From NCBI GenBank assembly GCA_051362555.1, contig CM120642.1:20708001-20772000 (forward strand): 64,000 bases of DNA, read 5' to 3'. This document shows positions 27,501 through 38,300 of this stretch, one piece after another (the first letter of the stretch is position 1; every line of letters begins with the position of its first letter). This DNA is from Lingula anatina. Lineage: Eukaryota; Animalia; Brachiopoda. The notes below the pieces were generated by a model. That model was not told the origin of the DNA. It ran no database searches and saw nothing but the letters and a program-made list of their open reading frames with translations. A program made the translations under genes and the position numbers.

Positions 27501-30500
27501 GAACAATTGTGCCTATACAATTGATACAGAGGATTTGTACATACTAGTACAGGTGACTTTAATAAGCATAGGATTTTCTTTTATATTCCGTGAAAATTAC
27601 ACTAAATTTATATAAAATAGTATCATGGTTGGCCAAAAATTGTACGCACAGTGCATCCGTGCGTATGCCTAGTTACGCCCATGATTGACTACCCCCCCGC
27701 CCTCCCCCGCCCGCTAAAGGGCCCTGAAAATTTTTGGTATTTTAGATGGTGAATGGTGCCATTTGGTATGGTTTAGAACTATGATTCAACTAGTGAAAGT
27801 CTTATTTCAAGAGGTGAGTTTTTTTGCAGAAATTAAAAGGGGGGCGTCAGGACCCCCCTGACCCCCCTCTAAATCCAACACTGACAAGTATCATTCAGTA
27901 GAAATTCCAACCAATTTCTAAATGTCCATGCATAAGGCATGATATTGCCCTTTCATTTCCAAATTACTCTCCCAAGAATGCATTCTAGACCCCCTCAGCA
28001 TACCTCTCTTAACTCTAGGGGTTATCATAACTAGGGCAGGTAACTACATGGCCGGGCTGGTAACTTTTCAGAGTTACCTGCCCGGCGGTCTGGCTAGTAA
28101 TTTCCTTGAATTTCATACACTGATTATAATAATAATAACTAAGTTGAAACTGTATATAGTGTGGTTCCACTAGAAGTTAATTCTCGATTTTAAAAAGAAT
28201 GAATGATTTCTAAAAAATATTTTGAATTTGTTTCAATTAATATGCAGAAAAGGCAAATGGACTTGGATAATATGAGTTGTTCTTTAGATATGAACATACT
28301 AAAACTATATGCCTGAATGATATATTAATATGCAAAACTGTTTTTGCTCATAATTACAATATAATGCCATTTATTTCTCTTACAGCAGAAATGTCATGCT
28401 GGCAGTTGCCAAAACTAACTAATTGTTATTAAATATCTGTTTCAGCTGCGTCAGCACTGTTTGGACCTGGAGGCTGCTTTGTCCATCGCTGAACAAAAGG
28501 CAGGGATAGGCCACTACTTCCCAGTCATTGTTGGCAGGTAATATGCATTGCTTAAAATAAAGATTAAGTAATAAACATTTGAACAATTACGTTATTCTAG
28601 TGTACTGCTTCTTTGCTGATACTACCAGACCTTTAGATATTTGGTACTTTGACAGAGGAATGCAAGTTTTCTGCAGACGACTCAATTAAAATTAGCAAAT
28701 CGGTGGGTGTACATTATAGGCAATAACAAAAAAGGTTTATGAATTTTAGAGGTTTTCTCCAGTTTTGGATAGAACATACTCATAGCTGGGAAACTGCTTG
28801 AAATTTCAAGGAATTTCAAAATAATTTTTGCTCTATGAAGGTATAATGTGCATTGTGTACTTAAGTTGAATGTCCTATAGTTCAAGGCATTGATGGAACA
28901 GATATGCATCAGAAAAAAAACTAAAAAAAGTTGCTTTGATTGTATTCATTCAGGCGGCCCACAATGCCCAGTACAACAGGCAGTAGTTCTGATGGGAAGC
29001 AAGTGCCATCTGGTGAGAAGAAGAACAACAGGGGTTTCCTGCAGCAGACTGAGGGCTCCCCAGTGGCAGTACCAGCACCAACTGTAAGTTTTAATCCTGA
29101 TATTTTAAAAGATTCAGAATGTTTTGCATCTTGTGTCTGATTTTGCGAATCAATTAAACCCTTTGGTTGCCTTAATTTGTTAAACTTTATGATGAATTGT
29201 CTTGTTGTATGTATTTAAATTTCAATAGGTACAGAACTAACATGTTATAATTAACGTCTCTGAACATTATTTACAGTCAAATGTCTAATTTTGTTGCTTG
29301 ATTGATAAGATCAGGGACTGCTGTCATTTGAATTTGACTTGAAAGTTTAATACAAGTACAGAACATTGATGTTTTTATAAAACTTCCACCAAGCCTCTAA
29401 TTTATCATGTATTTTAAATAATGTATCAGATGCTGTCATTTGATGGGACGGTGATGAGCAGTCATGTGACCAGAGTTCAGGAACCACGGGCGACCAAAGA
29501 CGTTCATAACACACTCGCTGGAGCAAAGGGACAACTGTTCATATCTCAGAACTCAGATAACAAGAGACAGGCTCATGGTGCAGAACGAGACCTAGGTGTG
29601 CAAAAAAACCAGGAACATCCTATTGACAGTCAGGCTAGAGTAGCACTACATGATAGAGGCAGGAAAAATAAAAGTTTACATGAGAAAGAATCTCAGAAAA
29701 GAACACAGTCAATAGAGGAAGAGGTCTACAGCAAAACTCCGTGTAACTTATCACAGAAGGAAAACATGGAGCATCACGATAATACTGGAAGAGTAGGACC
29801 TAGACGTGGTGCTGAACATACTGGAAGGACTACAAGGTCACACCAGAGGGGTTTGCATGTGAAAAATGGTAATAGCAGTGACAGAATACAAGACTGGGAG
29901 AAGGAAAAATTGAAAAATACAGGCCAAAGCACATCTATGCACAAGAGGTCAGATGGTAATATTATTTCAGATGAAAGACCTCCACATTCAGGAAGAGATC
30001 TCCCAGGGGAAGGCAGGAGCCACAGACACAACACACCAACAGCTGGAAGTACTGCAGAGCCTTACCCTAGTGAACCAACACGGAGTAGCAGTGCAAAACG
30101 TCACCACTCCAATCAATCCTCCCCTGCCAGTCACACTAGAGATCGGCAGAAGTCTCAGAAACGGGTGACACAATCACCTGAGGTGACCTCACCATCAGCG
30201 AGAGTGTTAAAGAGGATGTTTGTGCCAGATGTGGGCTGGGCATCACAGGTGAGACTGAAACACTCTTATTTATGGATTTTATAACATGAGAAAAGATCAT
30301 TAAATAATTTTATAAGATTAATAAATTTATCTTCTTCACATAGCACAATAATTTTTGATTTAAACAGTAGAGTTTATGTCCATTTGCAATAGAGGCCCTC
30401 CATTTAGAATGTTGATTGTGATTCTTTCCAGCACTGTGATGGCTCAGTGTGGGTGCAGTTCAATGATGGGACACAGGTGTGTGTCAGCTCTTCACAGACT

Positions 30501-30917
30501 GCCATCAAATATGTGGATCAGGCTGGAAAAGTGTCAAGGTAAGTGCTTGGAAGGAGTGGTGATGGTGGTGGTGGGGGGGGGGGGGGGGGGGGGCAAATAC
30601 AGAGAGAGCAGGAAGGCAGAGGTGTGTGGCACACAAAAAGGGGGGATTTAATTTTGTAATGAAGAAAAGAGATTGCCATATTGAAAGTTTAAGGTTTTTT
30701 GTTTTGTTTTGTAGAAGTTTAAAGAAGCTTAGAGAAGAAAGATAAACACATTTGTTAGGTGTGCTGGTTATGCTGCCACCTTGAATAGATAACTAGGCCC
30801 TGTGTACTTCCATATTTTAGGTATGGAGAGACAGACCATCTCCCAAGTCACGTGATGAAGAAATTGGAAAAGCTTCCTGCAGTGGTTGAAAAGTTGGCAG
30901 CAACAGGGGACTCGTAG
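18210..30917 (+). CDS. PLK4: Polo-like kinase 4 (SAK), 19 coding exons, ~1246 aa
   Basis: Exons 18210-18227, 18732-18827, 19186-19281, 19592-19706, 20072-20184, 20583-20671, 21002-21234, 21433-21503, 21834-22099, 22373-23279, 23616-23720, 24093-24229, 24682-24797, 25114-25247, 28446-28537, 28954-29083, 29430-30248, 30432-30538, 30821-30917 (3741 nt, in frame). Kinase motifs [46 protein letters not shown]; degron DSGHDT (21855-21872); cryptic polo box [42 protein letters not shown]; PB3 [20 protein letters not shown]. Confidence 0.97.
20304..20401. repeat. 34-bp tandem repeat, ~3 copies, in a PLK4 intron
   Basis: Unit approximately TTAACCTGAGTTGTTGCATCAGTTCAAATATTATC. Confidence 0.85.
25270..25439. 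mobile_element. 170-bp MITE with CAGG termini and 5-bp TSD
   Basis: CAGGCCCATAGCCAG...CTGGTTATGGGCCTG flanked by AGAAC on both sides. A partial inverted copy of the same family lies at ~55079-55195. Confidence 0.8.
25481..28122. mobile_element. Non-autonomous hAT-like DNA element (2.64 kb) with nested insertions, PLK4 intron 14
   Basis: 13-bp perfect TIR CAGTGTATGAAAT...ATTTCATACACTG, GCCCG/CGGGC-rich subterminal repeats at both ends, ATTATAA duplicated on both flanks. No transposase ORF visible. Confidence 0.8.
26722..27683. mobile_element. Nested CAGGGGCG-type non-autonomous element
   Basis: CAGGGGCGTAAC...GTTACGCCCATG termini, ATTGA on both flanks, subterminal direct motif AAAAATTGTACGCACAG near both ends. 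Confidence 0.75.
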
Positions 30918-32623
30918 TTTAACAGACTATTAAATTCATTCATTATCTTAGACAATTATTTTAATAGATGTCTTAACTTATTCATGGCAGTTGTTTTGAT
31001 GAAGGAATATTGAAGCCTGCTTCATCTGAAGAATATGCAAAGTAATACACAAAATTTATAAAGAAACCCTTTTAACATGTTGTCTGTTGATAAAAAGAAA
31101 ACTGTGTGATACTTTTATTTTTTTGAGAAATATATTTTGCGAGATATTCGAGTCATTACTTATTTCTATGTATATTTTTGTACATATCAGGATTATTGGT
31201 TGTAAAGCAATGCAGTTTTTATACCCATCTTAGTTATTTTGGTCTTTCTGCAGTGGATATATAGATATTTGGATATATGTTTTAGTCATCAACCAAACAG
31301 TTGAAAACGTGATTAGAGAGATATATTTTTAAATATTTATTCTACAAAAGTAAGAATATAACAAGTACATTGTATACAAATTTGGTCAAAAGAAATACCA
31401 AATAATCGCCCATACAAATTACAGGTGTTTGTAAACTTGACTAAAAGGGTCCCAAAACAATAATTACAAACGGAAAAAAATGAAGTCATAACAGGTAACA
31501 GAATCTAAAGTTAAAGGTTTGTCCTTAAACATTTATCAGTAACAGTCCCATCTTAAACATTTTAATTTTTAAAAAAATAAGACTATCTATTCCATATTAC
31601 TAGTAAACATCTTCTGAGACAGATGAAAACCTATAAACTATAACTCATTTAAGATACTATATCACAGAATAAAATGGTTATGTTTTTCAAAGCTTCACAA
31701 AATGAACTACACATTTTCATGAAAAGATAAATGTGTAATGATTTTCTTACAAAATGCAAGTTTAATAACATTAATGACTCCCCTCTCTGTGGCACCCAGG
31801 TTGATCTCACTGAGATTAGATATAAGGCTGATGCATTTATTGCTGTACAGTTGTGGACAATTATTTTCTTAACAAAGCATTCAAAATCCTTAAATAATTT
31901 TAAGTAATTTTGACTGAAGAGAGATAAATTTTACCTCCAGAATATCTTAGAGATAAGGAGGCCCTACATACCTTTACCATGGGAAATAGGGCCTTTTTGT
32001 GTGGCACATAATATTACATGGTCTCAAATGGACGCTAAAAAAAGATAACAATACAGAATCTAAACAATGTTCATACAATATAAAAACCTGAAATGTACCA
32101 ACATTTCACTAAAAAAGACTACAATTGTATTCCTTTTAAAAATCTATAATTATCTTAATTTATTGTTATAAATAGACCTGCTATCCTTTGTATAAAATTA
32201 TACATATTTCTGGTGTTTGAAGAATTTGCTTTGAAAACTTCATACATATATCTTTAAAATGCTCAGCAATTCATCACTGATCAGTCTTTCTTTATATAAA
32301 ATGTACCCTCAATACTGGTATAGCTTTACAAAAATATCCAATTTCGTGCTTTTTTTTTCACTTAATAAACGTTACATGGATTTGCAATTAAAACAAAACG
32401 AAGATTCTGCAAATCTGTGAGATTGTCAAATGAACCCTAAGTAAAATACCAACCCTGAATAAAATATTATCGCACCCTTTATTTTAATAATAATATGTAT
32501 ATATGTTTAATTCTTGAAGTTACCAAACAAATCAGAGATCCTAGTATATTCTTTTGCAATAACATTTGATAACAAGTTTATTCTCAGAGATATCACAGAT
32601 GACATGATGACATGAGACGATTT

Positions 32624-35354
32624 TCATGCATGACTCTCCCAAGGAATTTGGTAAATGCCAGCAGGAGTAGCCACCTTCACCTCATCAATGGCGGGCAGTT
32701 GTTTCAGGACGGTCTTGTTCTCCAGGGGAGGTCCAGGCCTGGAGTTTGGAAACTTCTCCTCCATACTCAGGTAAGTCATCCCTTGCTTGTCATAGCTGAT
32801 GTTGCTGGAATGATAACATGCTGCATGTTTCAAAGACATCCCAACCTTATATCATTATTATAATATTTATTCAATATTTTATTTTGTGTATTAAGTTTCA
32901 CTTTTTCAGGGGTTAAAGTTCAGATACGGATGGAATCAAGAAATATTTTCAGAAAAACGAGAGAATTACATGTCTTCACAACTTAATCAATTATGCACCA
33001 CATAATTTAAAATGAAAACACAGATTCACTAGTTTGCAGAATGCAACTACTACTGAGTGAAATTAGTATCTTGACTGTCTTAAATCTTTAACTTTCATAT
33101 TTAACTCAATTTGGTACTCAATCAACAACAAAGCAAAGCAGAGTGTTAATTAGTAGAATCTGAAAAAGAACAAGTGAATTTATTTTGTAGATCACACACA
33201 AGTCAGTGCTGTCTTCAACACAACTGGTGTTTGTCAATGACGACAAAAAAGAGTTTCTCAGTAAAAAAAAAAAATGGTACATCACACCAAATGCCACCTT
33301 GATAGTGTACAGTGCAAACTTGCTTGGTGTTGTCTCAACATTGTGGTGTCTAAAGGTACCTAGCTTAATAAAACAAAGAACCAATTATGTCAGAAAGTGC
33401 CACTGATGAAAATCTCAACACTGCGAAAAGAAAAAAGCGATGCAACTTTCCCTTCCTTGCCTCTGCATTGTTCTGTGTTAGTATGAAGCATGCAATGATA
33501 GGCAACTTAACAAAAACTGACTAACCTGATAGGCTTTAGTTTCTTATATATTTTGCGTCTGTAAACAATAACAGAATTTGCTCAGAATATTTCACTATTA
33601 TCAATTAACCTGTTTATTGTTAAAACCTATGAATATAAAGGGAAAACCTGCACAAAAAATGTATTTCGAAAAATATCTTGCAGTACATGAAAATGAATGA
33701 CATTCGAAACAGTAACTAATTCAAAATAAAAGCACTTAAAGCAAATCAAAATAAGATATTGACTTCATGAAAATTGATAATAATAAAAATATATTCAGCT
33801 GCAAGCTGAAAATGATAGTGTTTTCATATTTGTATCAGCCAATTTCATCAGTTGATTTCAGATTTAGAGCTTTATATGCTTTTATACAGTGATAATCCAT
33901 AAAGCTGTAGGATTTGATATGCATAAGGAAGGTGAATTTGTAAAAATTTTAATTGAATTATTACTTTTATAGCTGTCAAAACTCATCAAAATACAAATAG
34001 GATGGTGATATATCAGATTCCATGCAAAATTTGAAACTAAATAATAAGAAAACATGAAATCATATTGGCATGCATTGCACTCTTATCAAAAATGTTAATT
34101 TACAGGAGGCCATCAAAAAAGAGAACAAAGAAAAAATAATACCTAATTTAAGACGCCTCTCATGTTGACAGGGTGGGCAAAGGAATCTGAAGCCAAATAA
34201 AATGCAAAAAGCTCAGCAATAAGTACATGTTGTTGTGAACCGTCTAAAATGACTTTAACTTTAATTTACAACTGTACTGAATTTCAGTGTATCAATTTCC
34301 ATTAACGAATTAACTAATCTATGGGCTCCGACATGACTCCAGATTCGACTCAGTCTTTCACTTTACGTGCACAGAGAAGCATAACAGAACAACCTCACAT
34401 CTTCAGTCTCAGATCAAAAAGTGTCTTTATTATGGACAAGTTTCAAGTTATATACAGATTATCTACAGGGAATCTAAGTGTACATGTGGCTGCTTCTTAT
34501 TTACATACGTGTACATGTGGCTGCTACTTATTTACATACCAATTGTTGTGCAATATTAACAGGTGATATGCATCTGTCTCAAGCATAGGCCTACCTATGG
34601 GCCTTTACAGAAAATAATATTTAAATGTATACAGGACAGACGCAAATTAGATAGTAACATGTTGATTAACTATGACTACACAATGTGGAATTTATGCAGG
34701 ATTCCACAATGTGCAACCTACCGTTACCACTGACACTGGTCCATTATTTAAATAAACTGGGAAAGTGTTTGTGTTATGTATGTAGTTTAAAATACGCACA
34801 TTTTTGTGCAAAGTCATAATTCAACAAAAGCATATGTACAACAAGTATCCATATTTTTAATGTCTCTGTTCGTATTATCAATCTTCAGTATGTCTACCCA
34901 GTCAGCCTATGAGGTTTTTTTTCTTCTCCGCTGTGTCTAGGATAAGGGCATAATATAAGCCATGGACACTCTCTGGCAATAAGCAGGTCTATCTGGCTTG
35001 CTGTGCCCCTGGGTTCAATGTCTCCACACAAAATAAGTCTGTTATTAGTAGGCCAGGAAGGGGGACAGAACATTATATGAGTAGAGGTAACTCAGGGTGA
35101 GCTGCTGTTGACTTCAGACTATCTTCTCATACATCTTGTCTCATTTGGCATGGACCTCCTCTACCCCTCCCAGACACTAAACTGTGCTGAACCTAGTTTC
35201 ATAAATATAATTCAAATATGTGGAGGGGGTAAATATTTTCTATCCCACATGGCCTGGCTGCTCCAGCTTCAGTGTCATGTTCTAAATGGTCACTGAGAAG
35301 TACTGCTCTGTACACTGGATTAGAATATATAAGACCTGTGGACATGTTATCAGC

Positions 35355-35394
<40 letters not shown>

Positions 35395-38300
35395 CTTCCT
35401 TCCTTTCTACATCGACACGCATACCTGTCAGACTTGTTGTGAAGATGCTGTCTTCCTGGTTCATACTCATATTCCACCTGTTCCATGGGGTACGCACCCA
35501 CATCAACACGGGGGGCGAGTGTGCCCTGTTCCAGCCGTGGAGTCAAGTCTGTGTCACCTACAGAGAATACAACATGGTTGTGTTGATATTTTCTAATACA
35601 AATCATTTAACAGTACACAGGTATTTATTGTTACAGAGTATCTGGTGGTGCTGCTTTGCAGTGTAACACTTTTGATAGACCTAACCTAGTATGGTTGATA
35701 TGTATACAAGAGTGACCAACATTATAGTTCTTTATGTGCTTCATCTACATGTTCACCAATGTCATAAACAAAATATATAAAACACAGACAACAGCAGGTA
35801 TCATCAGTGGAAATAAGTACAATAAGTGTAAACACATGGAGATGACAACTCTGTTTTCAATATAGCAGGAATAGACATTATCTTCCCAATCCTACATATT
35901 ATTACAATATTATATATTATATACACAATAGGCTTAGTCAGTAAAACAGAAGTCAGCATGGTCTTGTAAGTTTTCTCAACACTCTGTTTCACTATAACTT
36001 AGTCATAATTAACCAACTGCTTAGCAGTCTGTTGGGCAGAATTCTCATCAATTCCTGATCTGATTCAGACTATATCTGTTCAAGTTTGTCAGAATTTGAC
36101 ATACTGTAGGGGTCCATGTTCCACCCTACCCAGGTTCTTCTAATATTTTACTTGTCACTGATGCTTGGGAGAGGGAATATATCCACAGACTCACATCTTC
36201 AGTTCCAAGTCTAAAGTCCTTTATTAAGTCCAAGCATTCAGCCTTTATACACATTATCTCCAGAGAATCTATCTGCATGCCACAGTGGCAGCAACTCATT
36301 TAAATACTAATTGCAATGCAATAGATAACAATTGAGGGCTTCTACTTTTAAGTTATATCAGTTCTACTTATCAGGTATACCTATACAGAGGATGATAAAT
36401 ATTCATTCAAGACTGAAGTAAGGCGAATGATAATATGCTGACTGATTACAAGTGTAAACATAATATGTAAATGAGTGATTTCATCACATGCATTTAGTGG
36501 ACCTTAACATATTCCTTCTTTTCCCACAAAAAAAATTATGGTTACATAATTTTTTGAAATAAAGATTCCACAGAATGCTCAAAGATAAAATTTAAACAGC
36601 TAAACACTTATGCAAAATATCTATGTCATGATTCAATTACAAAAAAATCCATATATTATTCTGTCAAATATCATTTCTTTAACTAACAATTGTAATTAAT
36701 TCAGTTCATTGTCTATTCCATTGCTTTACAAAGACGTCATTATTCTAATGAAATTAAATTTGAATTTTTATGCTTCCAAAATATTTTGAAAAAGAAAAAT
36801 GTCCAGTTATCATACAGATGGTTTAAATAACATCTTTTCTAATGGACTGTACATTTAAAATCTCATCAGTTAAACAATTCAGTATCAGGTATATCACGAA
36901 ATTAAATTCTTTCTTCCATAATACCTGTTGGAAATTTACCATTTTTAAATAAAAAAAAAATACCATCACATATTCTTTATAATTCAATTAAACCGTATCT
37001 GTAAACACAATTTATCTTGTTATTTTCAAATATTTAAGTTATGAATCATTTGGTGCAATTTTACAGTGAACATCGAAACAAGACTATCAAATACTGAACT
37101 GAGTGGTGAATAGCTTATATCAACATATCTACTTTTTCTGAACCTACTGCTCTGACAGATTTACCATCCTTTAACTGAATAAAAAAAAAACATATCTTAA
37201 TTTGCAGTGTGGAAGAAGTGTCCATTTCAGTTTCTTTGCCATAAACTTTCTCTGCACCTTTTTGTTGTCTCTGTGAAAATCCCATTTTACACCTGTCCAT
37301 TCTTTTGCATTCTCATAAACATTTTCTGTGTCTGAACCTTGTTTGTCTTCATTCTCTACAACTTTAAGTACCTCCTCACTTGCACTTTGTTTTTCATTCT
37401 CTTCAACTTCTTCCTCACCTGCACTTTGTTCCATCTCTACTTCAGAAGGTTTGTCTCCGTCTGTATTTTTGAAATTAGAAAAATCCATTTCCATCCGTTC
37501 ATCATTAAGTCCTTCATCAGCATTCTTTACATAATCCGTTACAGCATTTTCATCTACACCATGTTTCTCCACATACTTTGGGTCATCACCATCATCAAGT
37601 CCTTTATCCGTATTCTTTACATCATCTGTTAAAGCCTTTTCAACTACATCAGGTTTCTCATAATACTTCAGTTCACCCATTTTACTCTCACTTCCGATTA
37701 ATCCGTTGTCATCATCATCATCAGTTTTCAATCCTAGCTCTTGTTCTTTCTCGACATACCCTTCACATTTCTCCCCTTTCTTGAAATCAGTTCTCTTTTC
37801 TACCTCTGGATCATTTACAATCATAATGTCCTTGCTGAGTTCATTCCCATCATTTTCCTCACCTATATCATGTTCCTTCACAAATTCCATCATACATTCA
37901 TCTTCTTTAGCCGTAGTCAGTGTCTCATCATGAGTTCCCTTCTCCATTTCTAATAATTCATCTACTTTGCCTTGGTTTCTTTCTTTAACTTCTTGTTTCA
38001 TTTCAGATTCTGCAGTAATGTCATTATTCTGTTGCTGCAAACTGCCATACTGTCTCTGTAACAAGTCGGCTAGCTTGGACAGGCATTCTACCAGTCTGCC
38101 GTTAATATTATAGTCCTTTTCAGAATCCCAGTCATCATCTTCGTACGCATACTCATCTTCAAAGTTGGATCCATAGTTATATCCCTCCCCCGCAGTGACC
38201 CTGGTCGAGCTCGCCATTACGTAGGGGTCCATGTTCCACCCTACCCAGGTTCTTCTAATATTTTACTTGTCACTGATGCTTGGGAGAGGGAATATATCCA

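Noticed and set aside
30918-32623. Overlapping 3' UTRs of convergent PLK4 and anoctamin
   Set aside because: Several candidate poly(A) hexamers occur on both strands in AT-rich DNA; transcript ends cannot be fixed without 3'-end data.
37171-38232. The acidic ORF as an anoctamin exon
   Set aside because: It lies wholly inside the LTR element, and the flanking anoctamin exons join in phase without it.
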